From Flavobacteriia bacterium (lineage in GTDB: Bacteria > Bacteroidota > Bacteroidia > Flavobacteriales_D > Crocinitomicaceae), in the NCBI GenBank assembly GCA_947490145.1, contig CANLGD010000009.1, forward strand, positions 337 through 64,336: a stretch of 64,000 nucleotides of DNA, read 5' to 3'. Under the pieces are notes generated by a model. It had not been told where the DNA came from and ran no database searches. It was given only the letters and a program-made list of their open reading frames with translations. This document shows, one piece after another, positions 40,225-49,594 of the stretch. The translations under genes were made by a program, and so were the position numbers. Each line of letters opens with the position of its first letter. Positions within the stretch are counted from its first letter, which is position 1.

Positions 40225-40252
40225 ATGAGTTATGAATTATGAGTTATGAGTT
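40225..40252. repeat. Heptamer array (ATGAGTT ATGAATT ATGAGTT ATGAGTT), one-armed member of the heptamer element family
   Basis: Four exact-period 7-nt units. Same unit as the arms at 43317-43397 and 60507-60581. Confidence 0.75.
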
Positions 40253-40342
40253 TTGCTTCGCTTTCAAGAAAAATTTTCTTGAAAGCGAAGCAATCTGTAA
40301 TCTGCCAATTTATAATCTGCAATCAATCTGCTTGGCAGATTA
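40253..40342 (-). terminator. Two consecutive hairpins downstream of the VOC-family gene: an 11-bp stem at the stop codon, then a perfect 20-bp palindrome
   Basis: TAATCTGCCAA (40298-40308) pairs with TTGGCAGATTA (40332-40342), which overlaps the stop codon. TTGCTTCGCTTTCAAGAAAA (40253-40272) pairs with TTTTCTTGAAAGCGAAGCAA (40274-40293). Confidence 0.55.
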
Positions 40343-41404
40343 TTTCACACGGTTTAGCCCCATTGTTTTTAACATCCATTTTGGTAAATGCTTTTTCGGA
40401 TCTCTCTTTTTTAAGTTGATGTACCAACCTAATTTCTTTAATATTGGAACTTTATGTGTTTCAACAAATTCAATTAATGTTCCATCTGGGTCTTCAACAT
40501 AGGAAAATCTTCCACCAGCTTCTCCCATATCAAACGTATCACCAGAATCAACAGTAAAAGGAAAACCTAATTTTTCAGCTTCAATTTTCAAAGCTTCCAT
40601 TCCTTGAATATCAAAACAAAGGTGAATAAATCCCCAGTCTCCCCAAAATCTATTTTCGAATATTTTTCGACAATCTGTTCTATCAAGAGCCTGAATTAGT
40701 TCAATTTCTGTTGCTCCTAAAAGTTGAGCAAATGGACCTTTTCTTGCTTGCTGATGACGTAATAATACACGACGAACCTTTTGCTTTCCTCCGTTTAAGT
40801 CTGAATAAACAGGATATTCATCTATTTTATCATAAACAATTTCAGAGTATTCTAATAAATTTTGATAGATTTTCAAAGAATTTTCGATGCTGCTAACTCC
40901 AATTACAGAACCAGCAACACCACCCGTTTTTGCAGGGTGATTTGTATCTCCGAACCAGGAAAGTCCTTCTACAATTTCAAAAATATTTCCGTTTGGATCC
41001 TCAACAAAAAAGTGTTTTTTTCCTTCTGGTGTCTTTTCAATTTCACTTAAAAGCTTTAAACCATTTTCTTTGTAAAAAGCATAAGTTTCGGTAACATTTC
41101 TAGATTTTATTTTACAAGAATACAAGCCGTAATCACCTAGTTGAATGTCAAAGTTTGCTTTTTCAGTATTTCTAGAAGTGTATTGCCAAATTTCAAAACC
41201 GCCACCGCCATTCATGCTTAAAGCTAAAGTTGCAGTTCGCTTTTGAACTTTATTTCCAGTATAATCAATCATTAAAGGTGCTTCAGCAGCATCTTCAAAA
41301 ACTTTAATATCTACTCCAAAATATTTACGGTACCAAGACCAAATTTCTGTCACATTAGGAACGCCAATTCCCATTTGTTGAATTCCGCAAATTATTTTTT
41401 CCAT
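40340..41404 (-). CDS. VOC (glyoxalase/bleomycin-resistance/extradiol dioxygenase) superfamily protein, multi-module
   Basis: 354 aa. Repeated beta-alpha-beta-beta-beta-type modules with segments such as FFVEDPNGNIFEIVE and FSYVEDPDGTLIEFVE. Confidence 0.65.
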   Translation of the reverse strand: MEKIICGIQQMGIGVPNVTEIWSWYRKYFGVDIKVFEDAAEAPLMIDYTGNKVQKRTATLALSMNGGGGFEIWQYTSRNTEKANFDIQLGDYGLYSCKIKSRNVTETYAFYKENGLKLLSEIEKTPEGKKHFFVEDPNGNIFEIVEGLSWFGDTNHPAKTGGVAGSVIGVSSIENSLKIYQNLLEYSEIVYDKIDEYPVYSDLNGGKQKVRRVLLRHQQARKGPFAQLLGATEIELIQALDRTDCRKIFENRFWGDWGFIHLCFDIQGMEALKIEAEKLGFPFTVDSGDTFDMGEAGGRFSYVEDPDGTLIEFVETHKVPILKKLGWYINLKKRDPKKHLPKWMLKTMGLNRVK

Positions 41405-41420
41405 TATCTTTATTTTTTGA

Positions 41421-41428
41421 CAAAGATA
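41421..41428 (-). promoter_or_regulatory. Candidate -7 promoter box TATCTTTG
   Basis: The reverse complement of caaagata matches TAnnTTTG, 16 nt upstream of ATG 41404. Confidence 0.3.
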
Positions 41429-41444
41429 TTTAAAAATAAGAAGT

Positions 41445-42038
41445 CTATTTCATATTCAAGAAAAAAGTATTGTCAATTTTATCAATTAAAAAGCAATTTG
41501 AGAAATCAACTTTTCTATATTTAATTGCATAAATTTTCTTTTGTTTGCGAATATTTCTCACTTTAAAAACCAAATCATAATCTTCTAAAACCAAAGTGAT
41601 TTCATTTTTTTTGATGTGATAACGTCCCTTATCAGTTGTATTCATCCAAAAACCAAATTCTTTCAAACGATAAGTACTGTCTTTTAACAAAGTAATAGTT
41701 TTAGTATTTTCGACCAAAATATGATCTGCATGTTGCGTTGCCACTAGAGCAATTTTGCCTTCAGAAACTCCATGTAAATAAAAAGTAGGATTTAAAAATG
41801 CTGAAACTAAAGGTAAAATTACAAGTAAAAGAAACAAAAATGTTTTCTTAGAATCCTTCACTTTATCTTTTGCTCTCGCTTTTAAAAAACCATAAAAAAG
41901 GAATAGTAAAACAAAATAAATGATTGTCACCAATGAAAACAAAACATATTGCAAAAAGCCTTCCAAATAGAAGCCTAACTCAAGTAATAAAAAACTTGAA
42001 ATACTGATGATTAGAATGGATTTTAATGAATTATTCAT
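41445..42038 (-). CDS. Hypothetical membrane protein
   Basis: 197 aa with three N-terminal hydrophobic segments. No motif recognised. Confidence 0.45.
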   Translation of the reverse strand: MNNSLKSILIISISSFLLLELGFYLEGFLQYVLFSLVTIIYFVLLFLFYGFLKARAKDKVKDSKKTFLFLLLVILPLVSAFLNPTFYLHGVSEGKIALVATQHADHILVENTKTITLLKDSTYRLKEFGFWMNTTDKGRYHIKKNEITLVLEDYDLVFKVRNIRKQKKIYAIKYRKVDFSNCFLIDKIDNTFFLNMK

Positions 42039-42146
42039 AATTGAGGTTAATTTTAAAAAATAAAAGTATCAAAAATCATACCGAGAATTTTAGTTTTCAT
42101 ATAAAATTTCTATCTTTTGATCAGTCAAATAATTTTAAACATCTTT

Positions 42147-43307
42147 TCAACTAAAGGAAGTTCTATTTTTTAAATGCCAAAACAAATAGATTAATGCCGA
42201 GAAAGCTGAAATTGCTCCAATAATAAAAGTTGGTAAAACTGTTTCAATAGAATTATCATAAAATAAACTTGTTGAAAGTGAACCTGACATTATCCCTAAT
42301 TCTAGAGCAATAAACATCGTCCCAGAACCAACTCCTCTCCTATCGATATGAGATAAATCTGCTGTCCAAGCAAATAATGTAGGGCTCGAAATTCCTGTTG
42401 CGAATCCAAAAACGATAGAGCCAATTGTGTACATCAAAACGTCTTTCGAAAGTCCAATAATAATCATGCTAATAATAAGCAAAATCATTCCCAAAACTAA
42501 GGTTTCTCTTCTACCAAACACATCTGATAATTTCCCTGTAAAAAGCCTCACTAAAATTGTTGAAACAACGTAAAACATAAAAAACCATCCTTTATTCTCT
42601 AAGTGAAGAAAAGTGGCAACGTCGGCTGATAAGACAAAGATAATTCCAGAGCAAATTGCTGACAAAAACATCACCATTGCTGCTGGTAAAACAAAAGGTT
42701 CAAAAACATCAGTCCATTTTACGAGTAATTGTTTTGGATGAAATTTCTGCTTTTTCGCTAATGTTTCTTGTACATTGAATAAAATAATAATTGAACTTAC
42801 TGCTAAACCAGAAGAAAACATAAACATACCATTTAATCCAAACCATTTTACAGTCAAAAAACTTAATGATTGACCAATTCCAATTCCAAGAGAAATAAAT
42901 GTCCCCCACACTCCCATTCCCACGCCTCTTTTTTCAGAAGGAAGTAAATCGGTAATCAAGGCAGTTGCTCCAGTTGGCATAAATCCAGCACTAAAACCGT
43001 GTAAAAAACGCAATATTAAAAAAAAGTAAATCGTATGAGAAAGTGGATACAATAAACAAACGAGCATTGAAACAGCTATTCCAAAATACATAACTTTTTT
43101 TCGTCCGATATAATCTGACAATTTCCCAGAAAAAGGTCTTGAAAGCGCAGCTGAAATTGTGAAAACCGTAATTATCAAGCCCTTAATTCCTTGACCACCC
43201 AAACGAGTAATGAATTCGTTTAATTCAGGTAAAATAAGGTTAAAACTAGTCATAAAAAACAGCATTGAAATGCATGTTAACCAAAAACTAGCGGAATAAG
43301 ATTTCAT
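42147..43307 (-). CDS. MFS transporter
   Basis: 386 aa with about 12 TM segments. MFS loop motifs GKLSDYIGRKK and GKLSDVFGRRE. Confidence 0.85.
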   Translation of the reverse strand: MKSYSASFWLTCISMLFFMTSFNLILPELNEFITRLGGQGIKGLIITVFTISAALSRPFSGKLSDYIGRKKVMYFGIAVSMLVCLLYPLSHTIYFFLILRFLHGFSAGFMPTGATALITDLLPSEKRGVGMGVWGTFISLGIGIGQSLSFLTVKWFGLNGMFMFSSGLAVSSIIILFNVQETLAKKQKFHPKQLLVKWTDVFEPFVLPAAMVMFLSAICSGIIFVLSADVATFLHLENKGWFFMFYVVSTILVRLFTGKLSDVFGRRETLVLGMILLIISMIIIGLSKDVLMYTIGSIVFGFATGISSPTLFAWTADLSHIDRRGVGSGTMFIALELGIMSGSLSTSLFYDNSIETVLPTFIIGAISAFSALIYLFWHLKNRTSFS

Positions 43308-43316
43308 TTTAAAAAA

Positions 43317-43397
43317 GTTATGAGTGTTGAATGATGAGTGTTGAATGATGAGTCATGCACACTGCATCCATAACTCATTACTCATAATTTATAACTA
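43317..43397. repeat. Heptamer-periodic imperfect inverted-repeat element filling the stop-to-start gap
   Basis: Left arm TTATGAG TGTTGAA TGATGAG TGTTGAA TGATGAG, with the 14-mer TGTTGAATGATGAG duplicated (43325-43338 and 43339-43352). Apex palindrome ATGCA-CAC-TGCAT (43355-43367). Right arm CATAACTCATTACTCATAATTTATAACT ends on the upstream TAG stop. Confidence 0.8.
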
Positions 43398-44600
43398 TTT
43401 AAGTTTACTCATAACATGCTCTTTTCTTGAACCTTCAAAGATTTTATATTGTCTAAAGCTACATTCTAAATCGCCATTAAAAAGTTTGATTCTTCTTGAA
43501 GGATTTAGTCCCACTGATTTAAAAGCTTCTAGATTAGACGAAATTATCCAACAAGAAAATCCTTTCAAATCTTTTTTGAACCAATCTCCTAAACCTTGAT
43601 ACATTTCATTAATTTCATCTCCCATTCTTTCTCCATAAGGAGGATTTGAAATCAAAGTTGGAGTTGAACCTTTAAATTTACCTTCAGAATTTTTTTCTTC
43701 CTCTGAATTAATTTCATCAGCATTTAATTCTTCAAATGAATTGACAGAAAGTTTTATTGCTCTGGCAATGGGAAGTGGTCGGATATTTCTTTTTGTCATC
43801 AAAACCATTTCAGAATCAATATCTGACCCAAAAATATCAAAATCAAATTCTTTGCAAACTCTTGTTGCATTTGATTGAATTTCATCCCATAAATTTTCAT
43901 CAAAATTCTTGAAATTTTTGAATGCAAAATGTTGCCTTTCAATACAAGAAGGAATATTAGCAGCTAAAAACGCTGCTTCAATCAATAAAGTTCCTGAGCC
44001 ACAAAATGGATCAATGAAAGTAGATTTTCTATCCCAACCTGACATTCTAATCAAAATAGCAGCCAAAACTTCATTTAGAGGTGCAATTCCAGCTTCTTGT
44101 CGGTATCCACGCATATATAAAGGCAAACCACTTGTGTTTAAGGATAAATTAACCTGGTTTTCTTTGATGTAAATATCAAACATTACTTGTGGTTTTTTCA
44201 CATTAACATCTGGACGTTCTCCCTCTTTTTCTCTAAAAGTATCTGCAATTGCATCTTTGATTAAAAAATAGGGATATTGAGTATGAGAAAAAAGTGTTGA
44301 GAAAACTGCTCCCTTTACGGCAAAAGTTTTGTCAGAAGTAAAATATTGAGTCCAATCAATTTTCTTCGCTTTTTTGTATAAATCTTGTTCATCACTAATT
44401 CTGAATGAAGCAATTTCAACAATTACTGAAATTGCACAACGTACATGCAAATTTAAAAAATAAACATCTTTCCATGTTCCTTCAATTTGAACTGCACGGT
44501 TTAATAAGGTAACTTCAGGAAAACCAAGTTCAATTAATTCGTCTTTCAAAACTTCTTCAGCTCCAAATAATGTTTTTAATGTTATTCTTATTTTTTCCAT
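43395..44600 (-). CDS. THUMP-domain class I SAM-dependent RNA methyltransferase (COG0116/RlmL-like)
   Basis: 401 aa. DPFCGSGTLLIEAA (SAM motif I) and SNPPYGERMG (motif IV). Confidence 0.85.
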   Translation of the reverse strand: MEKIRITLKTLFGAEEVLKDELIELGFPEVTLLNRAVQIEGTWKDVYFLNLHVRCAISVIVEIASFRISDEQDLYKKAKKIDWTQYFTSDKTFAVKGAVFSTLFSHTQYPYFLIKDAIADTFREKEGERPDVNVKKPQVMFDIYIKENQVNLSLNTSGLPLYMRGYRQEAGIAPLNEVLAAILIRMSGWDRKSTFIDPFCGSGTLLIEAAFLAANIPSCIERQHFAFKNFKNFDENLWDEIQSNATRVCKEFDFDIFGSDIDSEMVLMTKRNIRPLPIARAIKLSVNSFEELNADEINSEEEKNSEGKFKGSTPTLISNPPYGERMGDEINEMYQGLGDWFKKDLKGFSCWIISSNLEAFKSVGLNPSRRIKLFNGDLECSFRQYKIFEGSRKEHVMSKLK

Positions 44601-44810
44601 ATTTAATTTTTTTGTAAAAGCGATTAAGAAGAATTTTTAAAACCTCGTTGTATAAGCTTATTTTTTCTTTAAGTCTTTCCTTCGCAATAAGAGTCAGTTT
44701 CTTTGATTAATGTAATATCTCCCAAATTATTTGCACTGGTCTAAGCTTCGCAGTCATCCATTTCATTGCCTAATTGAATATTTATCAAAGCCAAATATTG
44801 ACCATTAAAT

Positions 44811-45206
44811 TTAATTTAAAACATCAAATTTTTTTATTGTTTTTTGATTTTCAGTTCTTAACTGAAAAAAATATTCACCGTTTATGATTTTTGTTGAATC
44901 AAAGCGAATTATGTGCCCACCGATTTTATGTTCTTTGGCAGAAATTTCTTGATTTAAAGTGTAATCATTGTTTAAAATTTCAAAATGCACAAAACTTGGC
45001 TCTTCATTAGTGAAATAAAATTCTATTTCACCTTTTGCAGGATTTACCTCCAAACTGTTTAAAACACAATATTTATCAGGTGGAATTTCTCCTTTTGCTA
45101 AAAAGGCAAGAAACTTTCTATACGCAATAACTAAAATCAATACTGCTAAAGAAACTAGCAATATTCCAACACCAATTTTGGCATAACTAAAACCCATTAA
45201 AATCAT
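44811..45206 (-). CDS. Hypothetical membrane-anchored protein
   Basis: 131 aa. N-terminal TM segment and a beta-rich C-terminal part. 4-nt overlap with the upstream gene. Confidence 0.4.
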   Translation of the reverse strand: MILMGFSYAKIGVGILLVSLAVLILVIAYRKFLAFLAKGEIPPDKYCVLNSLEVNPAKGEIEFYFTNEEPSFVHFEILNNDYTLNQEISAKEHKIGGHIIRFDSTKIINGEYFFQLRTENQKTIKKFDVLN

Positions 45207-45484
45207 AACGAAATTATTCCTTTAATTAAACTTGCTTTTTTATATATTTCAATGATTGAATTGACATCTAACATCACTTCTTTTACTGAAAAACTCATGT
45301 ATTTTCCTGTTTTTGAAGGATGCATAACAATTTCAGGTTCATTATTAAAAATTGCTGAAATAAGTGCTAATTTTTCAGATTCATTAGGAATAATAAATTT
45401 GAATAAATAAATATCTGGCCATTCTAATAATTCAAGTTGTACTTTTAATTTCTCTAAAGAATCATCAATCGCATTGTCTCCCAT
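45203..45484 (-). CDS. DUF493 (YbeD-like) family protein
   Basis: 93 aa. The WPDIYLFKFIIPNE segment resembles the FPC-Y-FKV-G core of DUF493. Confidence 0.5.
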   Translation of the reverse strand: MGDNAIDDSLEKLKVQLELLEWPDIYLFKFIIPNESEKLALISAIFNNEPEIVMHPSKTGKYMSFSVKEVMLDVNSIIEIYKKASLIKGIISL

Positions 45485-45490
45485 AAAATC

Positions 45491-46084
45491 TTAATACTTT
45501 TTAAACAGCAAAGATAGTCTTTTCATTTCGCTAATTAATAATTCTGGCGGATTGTTTCTATTATTTTTTAAATCAATAAAAGTTTTTGCGGCAGAAATTT
45601 CATATTCTTTTATTGCTTTTAGAATTTCCATTGGGTCTAATTCTTTCGAAACAAGAATTGTCTCATCCCAACAATTTTCTAAAAACCAATTTTTAGCATA
45701 ATCTTTTTCTAATTTTATAAGTTGACAAACTAAATACTTAATTTCAAGTGGATTTTCAGAATTTAAAATTGAAATCTTTAGTTTTTGCTTTATAGCATTG
45801 TAGTTTTGAAACGTTTGTAAAATCGAATCACCATTTTCAAAAGTAATTTCTTTTTGCTCAAAATCATATTTAAAATCTAATTTTAAAACATCCAAGGCGG
45901 TTTTCAAAATACACATTTTCTTCAGCCTAGAATCAAACATTTTTTGAATTGGCGCTTTAGACAAAAAGAAACTTTTATGCTCAAATAAAAATGATTCTTT
46001 TGAATCCCTTAAATCATCTTCAGTAAAGGCTGAGCAATTTTCTTTAAGTTTTAAAAATATCTGTGCTTCCTGAACAGTCATCAA
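45491..46084 (-). CDS. Hypothetical protein
   Basis: 197-aa ORF, helical-looking. 4-nt overlap with the terC-like gene. Confidence 0.4.
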   Translation of the reverse strand: MMTVQEAQIFLKLKENCSAFTEDDLRDSKESFLFEHKSFFLSKAPIQKMFDSRLKKMCILKTALDVLKLDFKYDFEQKEITFENGDSILQTFQNYNAIKQKLKISILNSENPLEIKYLVCQLIKLEKDYAKNWFLENCWDETILVSKELDPMEILKAIKEYEISAAKTFIDLKNNRNNPPELLISEMKRLSLLFKKY

Positions 46085-46836
46085 TGCTCAGATTGACCTT
46101 TATTTTTTCGCATTTTAATATTGATAAATTCAACAATGAGTGAATAAACCATAGCAAAATATACATATCCTTTTGGAACTTCTTGATGAAAGGCTTCCAT
46201 AATTAACATTATTCCAATTGTAACTAGAAAACTCAAAGCTATCATTTTAATTGTTGGACGATTGTTAATAAAATCGCTAATTGCCTTAGCAAAAAGCATC
46301 ATAATAACCATAGAAATAATTACCGAAATATAAATTACGACCATTGGACTATGCCCAGTTGAATCTTTTAAGCCATTTGTCATTCCAATTGCTGTGATAA
46401 CTGAATCGAAACTAAAAACAATGTCCACCAAAACTATCTGCATAATTACAGAACTCAATTTACTTTTTGCTGACGCTGATTCTTCTTCTTCACCTGTAAC
46501 AGCTTTGTGCATTTCTGTTGTTGACTTATAGATTAAGAATAAACCTCCCGCCAATAATACCAAACTTTGCCCTGTTAATTCAATTCCAAATACAGTGAAC
46601 AAAGGCTCAGTCATACTCATTATCCAAGCTGCAACAGCTAGCAATACCAATCTTACAATTAATGCAAGTGACATGCCTACATTACGCGCATAGCGTTTTT
46701 TCTCTCTTGGTAATTTATCAGTAATTATAGAAATGAAAATGATATTATCTATTCCTAATACAATCTCTAATAAAGATAAGATGAATAGGTATAAAATTCC
46801 TTCTGGAGTTCCTAAAATTGCAAAAAATTCTAACAT
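46081..46836 (-). CDS. TerC-family integral membrane protein
   Basis: 251 aa. LGIDNIIFISI and VDIVFSFDSVITAIGM are typical TerC repeats. Confidence 0.85.
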   Translation of the reverse strand: MLEFFAILGTPEGILYLFILSLLEIVLGIDNIIFISIITDKLPREKKRYARNVGMSLALIVRLVLLAVAAWIMSMTEPLFTVFGIELTGQSLVLLAGGLFLIYKSTTEMHKAVTGEEEESASAKSKLSSVIMQIVLVDIVFSFDSVITAIGMTNGLKDSTGHSPMVVIYISVIISMVIMMLFAKAISDFINNRPTIKMIALSFLVTIGIMLIMEAFHQEVPKGYVYFAMVYSLIVEFINIKMRKNKGQSEH

Positions 46837-46907
46837 TCTTTTTTTCTACAAAAATAACTACTTATTTATGAATTAGATTAGTTTTTTGAAAAATATTATA
46901 GAGAAAA

Positions 46908-49142
46908 TTACATATCTCCCAATAATACTCTAAATGTTTGAATGCCATTGATTGGATTACTGACTTTAATCAGTAACATCCCTTTCAAGTTTTCGTTTAT
47001 TTCAATTTTTTTCGAGGTTACGCTTACTTCTTGAGAATAAATTTGTTTTCCTGTAATTTCAAAAACTTCTATTTTAGAACCTTGCGAAATATTTTTATTG
47101 AAATTTAAACTTATTTTATCCAAATATTTATTAATTTTTAAAATTGCTAATGCATCTCCTGCAATCGTGACCGATTTTATTTCAGAATAAGAAAAATCGC
47201 CATTATAGTCTACCTGTTTTAAGCGAAAATAATAATAACCTTCCTTCATATTTTCAACTAAAAATGAATAATAATTTTCAGTTGAACTCGAGCCATTTCC
47301 ATCAACTCTCCCTGTTGAAAGAAAATCTAAACCATTTACATCAGCCATTTCAACTTCAAAATAATCGTTATTTCTCTCAGTATAGGTTGACCAAACAAGG
47401 TAAGCAGCATTATTTTTTGATTCAATTTCGAAAGATTTGTAATCGAGTGGGAGAAGAACAACACAACCATTGTTACTATAAGACGTAGGAGCACCTCCAT
47501 CACTATCTAAATTGATAAATGCACCATTACCTCCACTTGGATTACTGTTTGGAATATAACTATAATCTAGTGTGTTTGCAAGCGTAGAAGTTGTTATACT
47601 ATTAAACCTAAAATATCGCAATGCAGTTCCACTATTATCAAAATTTCCTAATGTAACCCAAGTTGCATCACTAGAATACAAAACATAAATTGGACCAGCA
47701 CCACAGAGATTAGTCCAGGTATAATCATTTGGACAAAAAGTACTCCTTACAATCATAAATTTAGCGCCCACAGGCATCATTACACCATTTCCGTCTAAAA
47801 AAGTTCCAGGACAGGCTGTATTTAAAGTAGTTGTTGTAGCCGGTACATTAGTATAAGCATCTGTATAAGTAACAGAAGCTGGACTTGAATTTCCATATCT
47901 AATATCAATATTGGAAGTATTTGCAAGAACTGAGTAGTCTGCTGTTGTACCAAAAATTATTTCATTATTTCCTTCTGCACATGTTGCATCGCAAGAATTA
48001 ATCATGACGCCTGTTAAAAAGGGTCTTACAGATGTTGTAGTAGTTGTGAAACCGGCAGATGCGACACTTGATGTCATGTATTTCGTGCATAGTGATGAAC
48101 CATTAAATTCATAAAAATTAATGCAATAAGTCGTCGATGCGCTTAAACCCGTCAAACTAAATGATGAACCAATTCCGTTATAAACAACAAAATCGCCCGC
48201 AGCCGTAATTGAACCAATTCCAAAAACAGTATTAGCAGTATATGCTGATCCATCAACAGGATCAACAATAGAGCAGTCAGTAGCAGTAATTACTGCTAAA
48301 ACATTTGAACCATTTCCACCTGTAAATGAAACTGAGGCTGTTGTTGAACCCGTCGTAACAGTGACAGCGTTTGCATTAACAGTTGGCGTTGCAGCTAGAG
48401 CACAACCTGCAAAAGTTGCAGTAACGCTTACATTATCTATCCCAATTCCCTGAGAATTTGATCCAGTGGTATTCAAATTCCATCTTAAGTAAATATCTGC
48501 TCCACTTGCAATACTAAGACCTGAAATTGCAAATGAACCACTTGCAAAGGTTGCTTGAGGGGCAAAACTATAAGCACTAGCTCCTGCTGTCCCGATGGTA
48601 GCTGCTGAAATATTTCCCGATGCAACAGCGGTCCAAGTTGAGCCATCAGTAGAATAAAAAAATTGAACTGAAGCAGAAGCAGTGTTAATTCTATATCTTT
48701 CTAAATCGTAGCTGATAGATAAGTCTGTTAAATCTTGTGTATTTGTATTTCTATAAAAAGCCATTATACTATTTGGACTTGCATAACTTCCAGAAGTCAT
48801 AACACCAAGAGCTCTTTCAGCACCTGAAGTTCCCCAATTAAATTTCCCTCCGGTTGCAGGAGTTCCTGAACTTGCTTGAAAATCTAATGTACTTGTACCT
48901 CCTGCATAAGATGGTGTTGCGCTTTGATGCATCTTCCAATTTGCAGGGGTGGTTGTGGTCGCCAACATTCCATCAAAATTTTGAGTTACAGGGGTGGTAT
49001 TCGGAATTGATATTTGTGAAATAAAATTTATAGGAAAAAAGAAAGTTATAAAACAAAATAAAAAAATAATAAAACTAATATTTAAAAATCTCAGTCTTTT
49101 AGAAAGAAAAATATTATCTTCAAATGTAAATTTTGTTTTCAT
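46908..49142 (-). CDS. Secreted cell-surface protein with T9SS C-terminal sorting domain
   Basis: The track ORF extends to 49199, but the likely start is M20 (MKTKFTF, ATG at 49142) ahead of a hydrophobic signal. The body is T/S/G/A-rich with beta-sandwich and Fn3-like segments. The C-terminus (YYYFRLKQVDYNGDFSYSEI, KIEVFEITGKQIYSQEV, GMLLIKVSN, TFRVLL) matches the Por/T9SS CTD pattern. Confidence 0.75.
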   Translation of the reverse strand: MKTKFTFEDNIFLSKRLRFLNISFIIFLFCFITFFFPINFISQISIPNTTPVTQNFDGMLATTTTPANWKMHQSATPSYAGGTSTLDFQASSGTPATGGKFNWGTSGAERALGVMTSGSYASPNSIMAFYRNTNTQDLTDLSISYDLERYRINTASASVQFFYSTDGSTWTAVASGNISAATIGTAGASAYSFAPQATFASGSFAISGLSIASGADIYLRWNLNTTGSNSQGIGIDNVSVTATFAGCALAATPTVNANAVTVTTGSTTASVSFTGGNGSNVLAVITATDCSIVDPVDGSAYTANTVFGIGSITAAGDFVVYNGIGSSFSLTGLSASTTYCINFYEFNGSSLCTKYMTSSVASAGFTTTTTSVRPFLTGVMINSCDATCAEGNNEIIFGTTADYSVLANTSNIDIRYGNSSPASVTYTDAYTNVPATTTTLNTACPGTFLDGNGVMMPVGAKFMIVRSTFCPNDYTWTNLCGAGPIYVLYSSDATWVTLGNFDNSGTALRYFRFNSITTSTLANTLDYSYIPNSNPSGGNGAFINLDSDGGAPTSYSNNGCVVLLPLDYKSFEIESKNNAAYLVWSTYTERNNDYFEVEMADVNGLDFLSTGRVDGNGSSSTENYYSFLVENMKEGYYYFRLKQVDYNGDFSYSEIKSVTIAGDALAILKINKYLDKISLNFNKNISQGSKIEVFEITGKQIYSQEVSVTSKKIEINENLKGMLLIKVSNPINGIQTFRVLLGDM

Positions 49143-49594
49143 GCAATTAAATAAATTGCATGCATTTAAATTTATGACTTCCATGTAACAAAAATACATT
49201 TTTTTTTTAATCTAGCTGTTAATTAATAGTAAAATATTGATTAAATTAGTAACAAAATGCAGCTAAGTCGATTTAGCTAAGGATTAAATTAACATATTAA
49301 TTACTATTTAATTTTAAAATTAAAACTGCGAAAAAAAGTAACTAAATTGATTAAAAATTTAGATAAGCGAGTAATAAATCTAGATTAAAATTCAGCTCAT
49401 ATATTTTTATTATTCAATTAATATTAAAAAAGGAACGACAAATACAGTAGAAATTGAAAATGAATGGAATCCAAGTTAGGAAATATCATTTTTCATACTT
49501 CCTTTTAGGAACTATATTCACTATTAACATTTTGGTATTAAAAAAATCATTTTGTTAATGTTTTTTTGATTTTAACTTGCAATATCTTTGCAAT

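Noticed and set aside
40239-40502. 87-aa (+) ORF starting in the heptamer array, and the 84-aa (+) ORF at 43345-43599
   Set aside because: Their ATG codons are supplied by the ATGAGTT/ATGATGA repeat units, and the rest runs antisense through the neighbouring genes. They are artefacts of the repeat elements.
46837-46907. yybP-ykoY (manganese) riboswitch upstream of the TerC-family gene
   Set aside because: Only 71 nt of extremely AT-rich spacer is available, which is too short and lacks the conserved GC-containing helices of that riboswitch.
49200-49594. Possible promoter TATCTTTG (49583-49590), TTGCAATAT direct repeat and small RNA in the 377-bp AT-rich spacer
   Set aside because: The -7-like box lies only 4 nt from the preferred ATG, which is inconsistent with normal spacing. 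The repeats are short AT-rich words with no further support.
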